A stretch of DNA of 64,000 bases. Origin: Lingula anatina. Its lineage: Eukaryota > Animalia > Brachiopoda. This document shows, one piece after another, positions 26,291 to 39,100 of this stretch. Made by a program: the position numbers and the translations under genes. The notes under the pieces are model-generated. The model was not told the origin of the DNA, searched no databases, and saw nothing but the letters and a program-made list of their open reading frames with translations. The stretch lies in contig CM120641.1 in the NCBI GenBank assembly GCA_051362555.1, positions 5,332,001 through 5,396,000 of the forward strand. The letters run 5' to 3'. Positions within the stretch are counted from its first letter, which is position 1, and every line of letters begins with the position of its first letter.

Positions 26291-29254
26291 AGAGGCAGGT
26301 GGCATCACTGGTGTAGATCTCCACCCAAAGCAAAATGTGTTCAACATGTTTCTGTTGTAGTACACATAATAAAGGACAGAGATCTACATTTGTACCAGTA
26401 ATGTTAACACTTTGTTGAAATATCCCAAAATGCTCAGAAATAACTGGAAATAATTACAAAACATCATTTTATTCATTTTTATGCCCCAGTAAGTGATGTT
26501 CCCATTATAAAACTATATAGAAAGTCTACATCAATCCTCTTAGTATTTTTAAATTATTTTAAACTGTTAAAATAGTTTTTGTTTGAATACCTATCATTGG
26601 TCACCCAGTACATGGTTAAATGTAAACTTAACCTTGTATCTTGAATCGGCTGATTGTCACATGCACATCATGATACAGATAGTGATAGATAGCAGTCCAA
26701 AGTTGATCTTCACTGAAAGACCAAAACTGTGAAGGCCTCGTAATCAATAATTGCCATTTGTGATCTGGAGTTGAGTTTTGTGTCCACCAATGCCAATATA
26801 ATGACTTAAACTTGAATACTTTCAACATGGCAGAAGATGCAAAGAACTGCACTGACAAATACCAGTGAAAATTGTTCTTTTGTGAAACCAGTCCAATTTC
26901 ATGACTTATGTAATGAGTAAGCTATATATTCACCTTGATTAGAACATTCTGTCTTTATGATGATTTGGTCCTTGAGATATATCCATCATTACATACGATT
27001 CGAAGCAGTCATAAAACTAAAAATAATGATATTTTTCTTTAGATTTTCTAGTAGTTAACAGTAGTTATCTTGTTGTCTGCTTATCAGTGTATTGTTACAT
27101 AAGATGAAAGAAAACAACTTTGAAGCTCATTTTTTTGCCCATTGTATTTTTCTTTCCATAGGGGAAGAGACAATTGATGTCAAACATGATTTGCACTATT
27201 TAGTTTTTAGTTTTAAATGACAAAATAAGGATCAAATTTGTTACAAAAAAAATCTTTAGATAATTTTTAGTGTGTGAAATATATTACTTGCATATCCAAA
27301 ATTATGTTCAGACTGAAAAAAAAATACCTATTTTGTTACCCATTTGTGTTTTGCTATGCTTTTTTTTTAAATAGTGGAGATCTTTTCTTCTGTAGCCAGT
27401 CCTCAATGATGCTTGCTTATTAACAACAGGAAATTAAAATATTTTATCTCTGGCTGTTTCGGTGCTGAAAAACACCTAATTTTTAATGAACTCACATTTT
27501 GCTAGATGCACCTCTTTCTGATGTCATAATAAGTGTTCTAATTTCAACAAGCCCAAAGAATTCATTGACGTGAGCATCATTAATCTTCCATCGATTACTG
27601 TCATCCTGCCTACTTGTGGACTTCATATTGATTTTAATACATGTGGTGGCTCTGATAACTGCCTACAGCTGAAGGCTGTCCAAATTGGAATATTTTCTAG
27701 CATTTAGAACCCTTATGTGATGGATGGTTGCTTCTGGGAAGATTTTCTTATTTATTCTATACTCCCTTTGACAAGGCTTGAAGTATTTAGTTATGATTTG
27801 GACAAATATAGATATGAGTGTCATATACAAGCATGCTAATTTTTTCAAATAATTTGGCATCTCTGAAAAGTTCATTTTGATCAGATAATGCAGTTTGACT
27901 CAGATTTGTTTCCATTATATTATTATATATTATAGATTATGTTATAGCAGGGTATTATTTTTTTTACAATTCTCTGTTACATGGAGTACATAATTCAGTT
28001 TTACTCCTAAAGTCATAGTTCTTATGCTCATCTCTTGGAACAAATGGCTTTTCATTAGAGTCTCCATTGATTTGTTCAAAGATCAATGAAACTAAAACCC
28101 AGGATAATGGCTATTAGCTTTTTGAACAATCAAAAGCTCTTGATGCAATGGACTTTAACTTTCTTGCCTGTATTTGATTAGTAGCAGATGGTTTAACAAG
28201 GCGATCTTGTTTTTGAAACCTTGTAATATAGTGACATAATGTCTGTTTTCTAATCAATATATTATTCATTTGGTTGTCTTATCTGAAGAAGAACAAGCAA
28301 TTGAAAAGTTTGATGACAAAATATGCCTTCTTACAGTTGGAAATGTTGATTTAGCTGTTTTATATTGTCCTAGTATTCTTAATTTGAACAGATGTACCTA
28401 CCTGCACAGGTGTGACTGTACTTTTCTCATAATTTATGTTCACAGTCATTAACTTTTACACCTACCTGCACTAAATATATTCTATATGAGTGATTTTTTT
28501 TTGCTTTTGGATACGGAATTTGACTAGAAAAAATAAAATATTAGTGTTCATGTAACATATTATAGTCCATAAAATAAAAGATGGTCCAGTAAAAGTACGT
28601 AATATAAAATTTTTACATGGCCAATTTATTCCACTGTAGGCCATTGGATTCTTGCAGGGCCAGCAGGCTAAATAGTTTTTGGCATAGACTTATTTCAGTT
28701 TTTTTTTCAATGCTTATTCAGTCAATAAACCATTTATAATTATATGTAGCATGTATCTAATGTGTAATATATAAAAATCCTATCTTACACAAATGTATTA
28801 TTTTTATGATTGGATTTTTATAAACACGTGGGCATAAAGCTATGTAGATCGTTTCTTAAACAAGTCATGCCATAGACAGATTTTAAGTGGGCTTATTAAG
28901 AAAACGTTCTAATTTTTTTTTAACACCTAAGAATAAATGAAGATTTGTCATAAGTATTTTGTAAGATGTATGAATCATAATTTCATCACGTCATCGGCAT
29001 TGTGTTTGTGAGTGAATTTGAGGTCAAAAATTAGGTTTAATAGTCATGGCATTAAAAAAATTTAATCTCAGTTTTTGACATGCTTTTTGCAGTGATTAAG
29101 ATTGCAGCAAAAGTTTATGTCAACATGGCTCTATTCTGTTGGTGTGTGTGTGTGGGGGGGGGGGGGGGGGTCAGTCACTTTCAATAGCATAAGAAAGAAT
29201 AGTCTAAGCTTCAGATATTTGGTAACTATAAGATGCTGATATGCTTGAGATATT

Positions 29255-29285
29255 CTGTGTGTGTGTGCGTGCATGCTTGTACATG

Positions 29286-29316
<31 letters not shown>
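29255..29316. repeat. Interrupted (TG)n microsatellite
   Basis: Direct observation. Confidence 0.85.
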
Positions 29317-29318
<2 letters not shown>

Positions 29319-30111
29319 CTTCATGGGGGGTGTGGATCACAGTCACTGTAGTCCTAGTTCCCCCAGCAGCTGCACCCCCATCCCCTGCAAACATGTTTCT
29401 CTGCCTATGGCCCATGTCATGTTCATAAATTATTTTTTAAAAAAAGTTTTCATAGGCTGGAGCAGACCTCCAAAAGGAAACAGCTTTCTTCCGCTCTTTA
29501 CAAAGGCCTCCTAAATCTGTATATATGGAGTTACATTCCCCTACAGAGTCTGCTACTTTTAACAATTGGTTGCTTTTTAAAAATTGGTAAGAGTTTCAGT
29601 GTCTTATTTTTTATTACCTCTCCAAAAAAGGAAACAGCTATTCCATCACATCATGCCACAGTAGCAGTGGCGGGTAGTGCTCTATGTTGAAAATAATGTA
29701 CACAGGGTAGTACTCCTAGACCAAAAGCCCCCTAATCTGGATAAACAACTTTATCTTTCCAGAGATGACTTGCATCATGCTACATTGGTGACCTGGTACA
29801 GGCCTACTTGTTCCTGGCAGGTGGTGACGGAGGGAGCTCCCAGTGGGAAGGTTGTACAAAGAATTCACAAGTTATCAGTAGCAGGGGTCCAGCCTGAGGG
29901 ACAAGTCGTCACCAGGGGCCAGAAACACGTTTGACCATTTATATTGACGAGGCAACATACCACTTGCATTCTGGCGTGTTTCTTTTGGGAATTTTGTTTT
30001 TCTTGGGAGACATTAATTACTGTCTTTCACCCAATTAGTTATTAGTGTAATCAGTTTTGAAACTGGTTCACTTATTAACTTTTACACAGTGGTTGAGCAG
30101 ACTGGAATGAA

Positions 30112-33100
30112 ATGGATGCTACTAAGAAATACTGCAAGGAAGCTTTTTCTGTGAAGACTTTAAAGAGAAGATTTCCAATCATAACATGGTTACCAAAATA
30201 TAGGTAAGTCTTTGGAGTCATCATTTAATAATTATCAAAATAAAAACTCCTCACTAATACAAATCATTATTTTACAGTAGAATTTAATTTAACATTCAAT
30301 TCACATTAAGATTGTTCTTTTTTATAATGCCTGCATAATTTTTTATGCCAAAAGTCACTGTTGAATTATGTAAGAAGAATATTCCGTAAGAGTATCAGAT
30401 AGCATATATGATAAGGGGATTATAGAATTTGCAGGGGAGGGGGTTCAGTGAACATTCTCCACATTTCAGTGCATATATATTAAGATAAGATAAATCGTTT
30501 GATCCTCCTTGTTTGCAAAATGTGTATAGAGTCGATCTATCTCTTTTATCCAAGTGCCAGCTGATACAGTGACTAGTATGTGGTCCTTGTCAATACCTCA
30601 TTTGTCATCAGGGGTCTAAATAAATATATGTATTGAAAATATCAGTTGAGCTGTGGAAATGTATATAAGAAAAACTGCTTTCTGTAAATATGTTTAGTTT
30701 TAAGTTGGGAATGTAGAATGTAGATAACAGCATCTTCAAAGGCAGGTCAAACTTTGCTCATCAAAATGTGTCACAATATCTTATCGTTCATGTTTGATAG
30801 GGCAACATTGTACTTGAAGATAATACAGCTGGAAAGTAGGGATATAAGTACTGACCCAGTTATTTAAGATATTCATGGGACAATTTTGAAAGAATTTATG
30901 TTTTCATCGGTCAGTTAGACATAATTAAAAAGTCATTTTTTATTTTGTCTATGAACAACGTGTCATAGTTTGATTTTTGGTGATGTGAAGGCGTGTATAC
31001 AACTACATGCTGATTTTGTCTAAAAGTATAAAAAAATGTGATATGAAGGCTTTCAAGTTTCATAGTGTAACAGACGGACTCTCTGGTTGTGTAAAATTTT
31101 ATTGCTACAACTAAAATTTTACACAACCAGAGAGTCCGTCTGTTACAAATGGTGCCGCGAGCCGGGACCCCTACATGTCAATCGACTGCAAACGACTACG
31201 ATTAGTCCACTGTACGTCTACCTGTTATAACAAGGCTAGGCGGTTTGGCCGATGAATCGGGGTCTCATTATCAACGTCACTGACTCGGTGTGAGTAGTGG
31301 ACATCGGACATCTCTATGTGTGTAATTGTGAACACTAAGTGGTGGATCGTGTAAACCGTCTTCGGACCATATTGACCGACACCGTTGTGTTTGTATGACC
31401 TATACCTGGACTGTGCATATAAACTGTCACTGGCCTATCTGGATTGTCTCAGGACATCGTTCACGGAGGACTGTGCCTGCATACTTCCCCTCGGTTGTGA
31501 ATGCCGAGTTACTTACCTTAGATGATCATTCAGGACGATTCTTTTTAGACTGTGTTGTGAGCCATTCTACTAGGAACATTTTCTGTGACATTTATACATG
31601 GTTTGGTAGCTTGGAGACTACGAATTTCGTTCGTCACGAATATCTCAGGATCGTCACATTATTGTGAAGACTGTAAGTTATTTTGACGTAACTGAGTGTG
31701 ACTCTACATGTTTTAGACATTCATTTCATTAAACGCATTTATTTTCATTGATAGTTTGATATATATTTTTTTCGTACTATACACAGGCATTGATTCAAAT
31801 AAACCTCAGATTTGTTTAAAAGATTTTTTTGGCTCGAAGATAACCATCATTTATTCAGCTATTGTCAGGTGTGTTTATTCCTCCATTTAAATTTCTAAAA
31901 TTTAAGTCTATTTGTTGATAGATTAATCGGCCAGATTACTTGTGTTTTTTAATGTCTGTGCTGCAATTTGATTAAAGGAAAGTTGTTTCTGTTCAAATAA
32001 GATTATATACATTAAATTAAAAGAAAAACTGTCTAGGGTAATTTACATTTAAAACATTTTAGTTGCTTACTAATTACCCCATTGCTTTTATTTATCATTA
32101 TTTAATTGGATTATTCTTTAGTTGAGATGTTGTTTTTTTATTTAGTTGATTATTTTGTGGTTATTCAGTTAATTTAGTTCCATTAGTATTTAGTTCCATT
32201 ACACCAAATTATTTTCAATTTGTTTATTATTTCAATTAGTTTATTGTGAGTATACCTCTTTGGTTTAATTTATCAGTTTAGGTTCAAATTTATTTTTCAT
32301 TACAATATACTAAACGGCTAACCCTAATTTTTATTCCTTGTAGAATATCTTGATTTGCTTTTCTCTTATTTCCTCAAAATTTAGTTCCAATTTTCTTTAC
32401 AGTTTCTTCCCAAGCTATTGATTTCTTTAGTTAAAAAAATCTGCTTATTTTAGTATATGATTTTCCAGTTGAGTTCTATTCAACTTTTATTGTTACATTC
32501 ATTTTGAGTTCTTTGATTTCCTTTCATTGATTTCACATCATTTCATTGGTTTACTTCATTTCTTTGCATTCATACTTTTTATTATTTTATGTTTCAAACC
32601 CATTTCGGTTCATCCGTATTAGCTTTGCCCAGAGTGGTTTTACTCTTAAGACTGCTGAAATTTCAATTTGAATTTATACTTTTGCTTGGCTATCTGGTAT
32701 TTACAATTCTGTAAGACATGGCTACTGGGGGTACGCGAATGTCTGATAAAGAGAAAGATAAACTTGTTGCCGCGTTTGAAGCACTTGATGCGAACCCAGA
32801 TTCTGACCACCTTGAGCAGTGGATGGAAGAGTACGTAAGAGGTCATGAACGCGAAGAACGTGGTGAACGTAGTACATATTCGCAGTCGCGAGAATATATG
32901 CCTCCTCCATATTATACCGCGCCCAAACTCACAATTTTCTCTGGTGATTTTAATAAAGATGCCACATATGAAGCTTGGTGCTTTGAGGTCAATTCTCTTC
33001 GTAGTGGACGTGTTTTTCCCGAGCATGTGGTCTCCACCGCGGTTAAAAAATCTTTAAGAGGAGAGGCTGCAAAGATCGTGCAAAGATTGGGAATAAATTG

Positions 33101-36100
33101 CACTTTAGATGAAATTCTTGCTAAATTCAAGGGCATATACGGTGCAGTAGAAGATCGAGAAAATCTTCTTTCGAAGTTTTACAGCGCGAATCAAAAGGAA
33201 GGTGAGAGCGTGGCTGAATGGGGTTGCAGACTTGAAGATATTTTATACCGTGCGCTAGATGATCACATTATGTCTACAGACTCCAGGAATGACATGCTAC
33301 GTATAAAGTTCTGGAGTGGACTGCATAAGCCACTTAAAGAGGCGTTGAGACATAAACTGGATGCAGAGCTGACTTTTGATCAATTGAGAGTCGAGTCCCG
33401 GAAAATAGAAAGTGAGTTAGGACTTTTACCATCGGAGAATAAAAACATAAAATCTGTTCATGTGAAGCAGACTACTGCAGAGACTAAGTCCAATGATTGT
33501 GAACTAAGAGGCATGATTAATCAGATCAATAGTAGATTTGATAGAATAGAGAAACGCTTTAATGCATTGGAAAATAATGCTGCAATGTCTTCTGGTCAAG
33601 AATCAGTTCACGTTTCAGATAGAATTCCACGTACCAGAGGTATTGGTAGAGGCCAAGGCCGTGGCTATAGAAGAGGAAGAGGTCGTACTTATTCTTCCTT
33701 TTCAGGTCAACGTTCTTTTTCAGTAACCAACAGGAATAGCCAGATAAACAATGCATCAAAAGAAATTATTTGTTTCAGATGTGGACAACCTGGTCATGTT
33801 GCTGTTGGGTGTAGAGCAGACATTAGTGCTCATTTAAACTCCAAAGAGTCTGTTTAGCCAGTGCAACAGACTCAAAATCTCCAAAGGTTGTTAAAAATAC
33901 TCCAAATTTAGTGGGCGATTCTAATGAATGTATAATTGCTATTGACAAATGTTCTTTTTCAGCCTTATTAGACACTGGTGCCAATGTATCAACAATTTGT
34001 GAAAATGCATACAAGAGAATAGAGCAGGTTTATCCTCTGAAACAATTAGATCTTTGTCTGTTCTTTTGTCTATGTCCCTTTGTTCTGTCTTCCCGCGTCT
34101 TTGCCACGTGACTTCACATTATAAAAGGCATTGACGCGGTATTTTCTAATAGTGCTGAAGTTGCTGTTCATCTGTCTGTTTCTATGTGTTTTCAGACCAA
34201 GACGTATATCCAGCACTCTTTATAAACGCCCTTGAATAAGATCAGGGGTGAAAATTTTAGTTGTAGCAATAAAATTTTACACAACCAGAGAGTCCGTCTG
34301 TTACAATAGCAAAAATGCTAAGATGAATGGCAAATTGAGTGCCAGGTGTTAAGATAAATAAATTAATAGTATGTTACTCTGTATAAACATTGTAGCTAGC
34401 AGTAACAGGTGAATATATATATATGTGTATATATGTTGAATCAGCTGGCATGTCATCAATGTTTCAGGTGTAGGGGATTGATTGTTTTGCTACATAGCTG
34501 TTATAAACTAGTCATTGACAAGTGAAAATTGTCACAGTAGTTGATAACATTGATGGACATTTATAATATAAATTTAAAGAACAGTTTGGAAATTGTGGGT
34601 TTCTGTGATTTGATGAGGGCAGTGCTTTTTTATTGAGTGATATGTAGGTGATGTATATATTAACACATGAAATGTTGTCTTAGGACACTTTAACCATTAA
34701 GGAAAGTGTTTCTAATAAGGACTGGAATGAATCATACAATTTCTTTGGAATTTTTACCTTTCAGTGTAAAATGACAGTCCTAACTGGTAAATTGATTAAA
34801 TTCTTCCCAATACCTAGTATATACATTTTGTAATAAGAGTGTCAAAATCACAAAGTTTATATTTGTAAAGTGTGAGATCTTATTTGTCTGTATCTTATAC
34901 TTTTCACTTTATCTTTAAGCCCAATCTTGTTTTGTACTTGAATGCCTGATATTTAAGGTGCTCCAATTCTATACAGAGTCAAACAACAACTGTTTAAAAG
35001 ATGTTTTTGGACACTATGATGATCTTGTCTGGCCATTTCCTTCTGTTAATTTCTGTCACTCACATGGAAAAAGTAGAATCTTCATATACTTGATCACCAT
35101 AAGATGTAGGTGTGTCTGATGTAGTGTGTGTGTGCGTGTGTGTGTGCCCATATGAAACCCAGTTATACTGCACAGAAGTAATTGATGGAGTAAAATGATG
35201 ACATTTTGGCCGAAAGTCCAAAGCAGGCTCCAATAAGCTAGCACATGTCCGATTAAAATTTTCTTCCCAAAAGTTTTCAAATCAGCAAAAAAAAAAAAAA
35301 AAAAAGGAAATACTTCTGTTTACTTCTTTTTTGTTTAACTATATTTTCTAGGCTGAAACATTTGCAAGGAGATGTCATTGCAGGTCTCACAGTGGGTTTG
35401 ACAGTTCTACCACAGGGACTAGCCTATGCACAAATTGCTGAGCTTCCACCACAGGTAAGCCATCCATATTGTTAATTTAATTTCATAGATTTTCTTTGTC
35501 TGGTGATCATATTTTGCATGAAAACACTAGTTGGCAACTATATCAGATAAAATAAGTATAAAAAATACAGTGGCACAAGCTATAAGACATCAATGGTTTT
35601 TAAAAAGCTTTTTTTCCACTCTTTACTTGAACTCCATATGATTAAGAGTAGTTGAAGAAATTAAACAGCTAGCACAATAAATGAGCAATTTGAATTTTGA
35701 ATATAACATGTTTCATTTTGTGAATGATTATGTGATTTATGACATTTTCATTAAAAAAATCAATTATTTCTTTTCAGTATGGGTTATACTCTGCCTTCAT
35801 GGGTTGTTTTGTGTACACGTTTCTGGGAACATCGAAAGACATTACTATGGGACCAACCGCCATCATGTCTCTTATGACAGCAGATTTTGGACAGACTGAA
35901 TGGCTTCCACACAATGCAACCAATGCCATCATATTAACATTCTTTGCTGGGATAATCCAGATGATTATGGGATTCTTACATTTAGGTAATGCATTTTAAT
36001 AAACAGAAACAATGATTTTATTCAGTTTTGCAGTTTGCTTTGGGGCCTGTGGAATGTTTTTTTCATTAAAATTCAAATTGCTCTCTTTGGTTATATCATA

Positions 36101-39100
36101 TGAATAATAATACTGTAGTAATTCTGAACATTACAGCCTAAAGGTATTGTATTATCAATCATATTATACCAAATATTTTAATTTACATTAACATGTGTCA
36201 TAATTTAATTGCCTTCTTATGTTTTTATGTCTGTGTTAGTTAGTGACTGTTAACGCTGTGCTCAGTGTATCCAGGGTACCTAGTACAGGGTGATGGCAAA
36301 ATTCTCTCCCATACTTAGTTTTATCAAAGCTGAAACTTTACATAGAATTTGTCTGTAGTATGTGTTCATTCAGTAGACTTTGCAATGCTGATAGACCTGC
36401 TCTTAAGAAATAGGTATTTTTGGAGTCTACATGATCAGTTCCCTGAAACTTCCCTTATTTGAATATCACACGAATTTACTTACAATACAATAAATTATAT
36501 TTTTAATATTTTAGACAAGAAGTAGAATTTGAATAAGGCCTTTGACTTAGCTTCAGAGTGTTATTTGTTTGTCATGAATCCTAGTAAAAGAATATTGAAT
36601 ACAAACATATTCTAATATTTTTACGGTTTCCCTCTAAGTAGTTTGTATTTTTACAATTCTTGATTTATTCTGTGGAGTTCATGCATTTTGTAATTGGGGG
36701 ATGGAGGATGGCATGAAGTGATTTTTTTCAAATTGAAAGACAGAAAAGACATGAAGGATGTGACACAAAAGTTGATGTGTTTCAGTTTGATTTGCTTTTT
36801 GTAATGCTCAGTAACTGCCTGTAAGTGATAAAATTAATTACATAATTGTTATCAGATGCTAACTCATGGAATTTCTTAGTAAGCTCACCACACTGGTATT
36901 AGATAGATCCACTGCCAGCAACACAGTGGAACATAGTGCTTATCGATTATGTAAAAATGACTTTGCCTGCAAGGAAAGTGTGGATATTTCCGCCACAAAA
37001 TTGTTCATACTGGTTTTATCTGATATTTCAGTTTTATGATTAAAAATAAGCTTTAATGTGTAACAAAAGATGGCATATTTGTAATACTCAGTAGCTGATG
37101 CTGATATTATCTGGTATTTCAGGTTTTATCGTCCAGTTTATATCCTTCCCAGTAATCAATGGATTCACGTCAGCGGCATCCATTACCATTGCATTTGGTC
37201 AGCTCAAGGTATCAATTGAAACCCTTGAATATAATCAGTTTAATTAATCATTGGGTGTTTTATTCATAATAATACATTATGTTACAATAAAACAGTAGGA
37301 ATAATATGCCTCAATTAGGCTTCGTTCACATGCAATGTCTATTTTCTAAATTCTATTTTCTATTCGCGATATCTTATGATCACGGTCTGTGCCCTGAATA
37401 TCCCGCCGCGTAATTACTGGCAGCGCGAGCCAGTTACTTATAGTAACTTATAGTAACTGGCTCGCGCTGCCAGTAATTACGCCGCGGGATATTCAGGGCA
37501 CAGACCGTGATCATAAGACATGCCGCGAATAGAAAATAGAATTTAGAAAATAGACATTGCATGTGAACAAAGCCTTATGCTACAAAGTATTGTCTGTCTT
37601 CATCTGAAGTGGTCATTGACCAGTTCAAATTTATTTTGCTACCATTGGCACTGGGTCCAGTGATATGAAAATAAGAAAAAAGAACAGTAATCATTTTAGG
37701 TGTAACATACTTGGACTCCATTCGTATGTTTGATGGATTGCTTCTCATTGGTCATAAATCATGCCTACAGGTGTCAACTGCTTGTCAATTATCTGCTCAT
37801 GTAGAGGTTATTCTGACTTGAAAATGATATTGCTACTTTAATTAGAATTGTAGAAATGTTTGTGAATTGTGTTGCATTGATGTTTCAGAACTTACTAGGC
37901 CTCAAAGGCATTCCTCGAGATTTTTTACATATGGTTTATGAAACATTCCGGAAAATTCCAGAGACCAAGTAAGGTGCATTTAGTGAAGATAATGGCAATT
38001 AAAAAAAATTTCTTTGAAGTCTTCAATGAATTATTTTAATGGATATTTGTATATTTTAGAAGAAAACAGGGTAATGTGTTGTAATTGAATGTATGTTTTA
38101 TTGACATGTTTCATTAATGAAGTCATTATTTAATATTTCAGTATATGGGACCTTGTAATGGGCCTCTGCAGTATGGTGATACTTGTGATCCTTAAGGTTT
38201 GTTCACCTCAGCAAATATATTAAGTAATCTCAGTTTATACACTATTGTTGCTTTTTACAGTAGATATGTCAGTGAAGATGTGTGTTGCATTCTTTTAGCT
38301 TGGTTGCCTTGTTACTAAATCTTAATAACACATTGCATGCAGCATGATGTATTAAAGGAGACAGTTGTCGCCACCATCATTACTAACGGCAGTTCCTCAT
38401 GCCATGGTTAAGTTTGATGTAATAAGCCTCTTTTTGTTTCAGTTTATAAAAGACCTTAAATATGATGATGAAGAAGGGGTCGTACTCCCAATGAGCACCA
38501 AAGTGTCCAGGAAGATTTTATGGCTGGTTGGCACAGGTAGAATATTAAAACTTTGTCATCTTTATATTTTATAATCATTTTACCCTCAACATCAGGTAAT
38601 AATATTTTGTTTTGGTAGGTATTACTGGTAAAAATTCTGATAATTTCACTCAATTTGTAGTTGCCACCGAAATTATAAACTTAAAAAGTGTTTTAAGCAA
38701 ATTGGGTTTCCATGTTTAAAAAGATTTCTCATACCTTTTTCTTTCTGAGAAATTCCTGCAGCAAAAATAATAGCATTCACTAGTGCACCTGAAATGGTAT
38801 AAATCTGCAATTTGAGATCACAAACAATCTTACATGGTCTTAATAATTAAAGAAATGGTCTTACCATGGACTGACTCTGCATTTAAGATCAAAAGTGAAC
38901 TTAACCTGGATGAGGTAGACTATGATTGGACTGACTTCCAGTTGTTAATATGCTATTGTCTCCAGTCACACATTCCCCCATTGTGAGGAGAGGTATCCTC
39001 TAGTCAGTCTTACTCATTGATTAAGACCACATAAGATCATTTGTGATCTGAAACTGCAGAATAAGACCATTTCAGACACACTAGTGATTGGTTTGGAAAC

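Larger units (their letters stand above)
31066..34305 (+). mobile_element. Internally deleted Ty3/Gypsy-type element (PBS, gag, protease stub, partial 3' LTR) bounded by perfect 55-bp inverted repeats
   Basis: TSD ATAG at 31062-31065 and 34306-34309; 31066-31120 is the exact reverse complement of 34251-34305; PBS-like TGGTGCCGCGAGCCGGGA at 31150-31167; TATAAAA at 34120 and AATAAA at 34268 in the LTR-like 3' segment (~34050-34305). Confidence 0.9.

Noticed and set aside
31066-34305. DIRS-type or autonomous Ginger element
   Set aside because: Aspartic protease, PBS and TSD argue against DIRS; no integrase or transposase is encoded, so it is not an autonomous Ginger.
29195-35285. Weak similarity between ~29195-29455 and ~35070-35285 around TG tracts
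   Set aside because: Too degenerate to define boundaries by eye; at most an old repeat.
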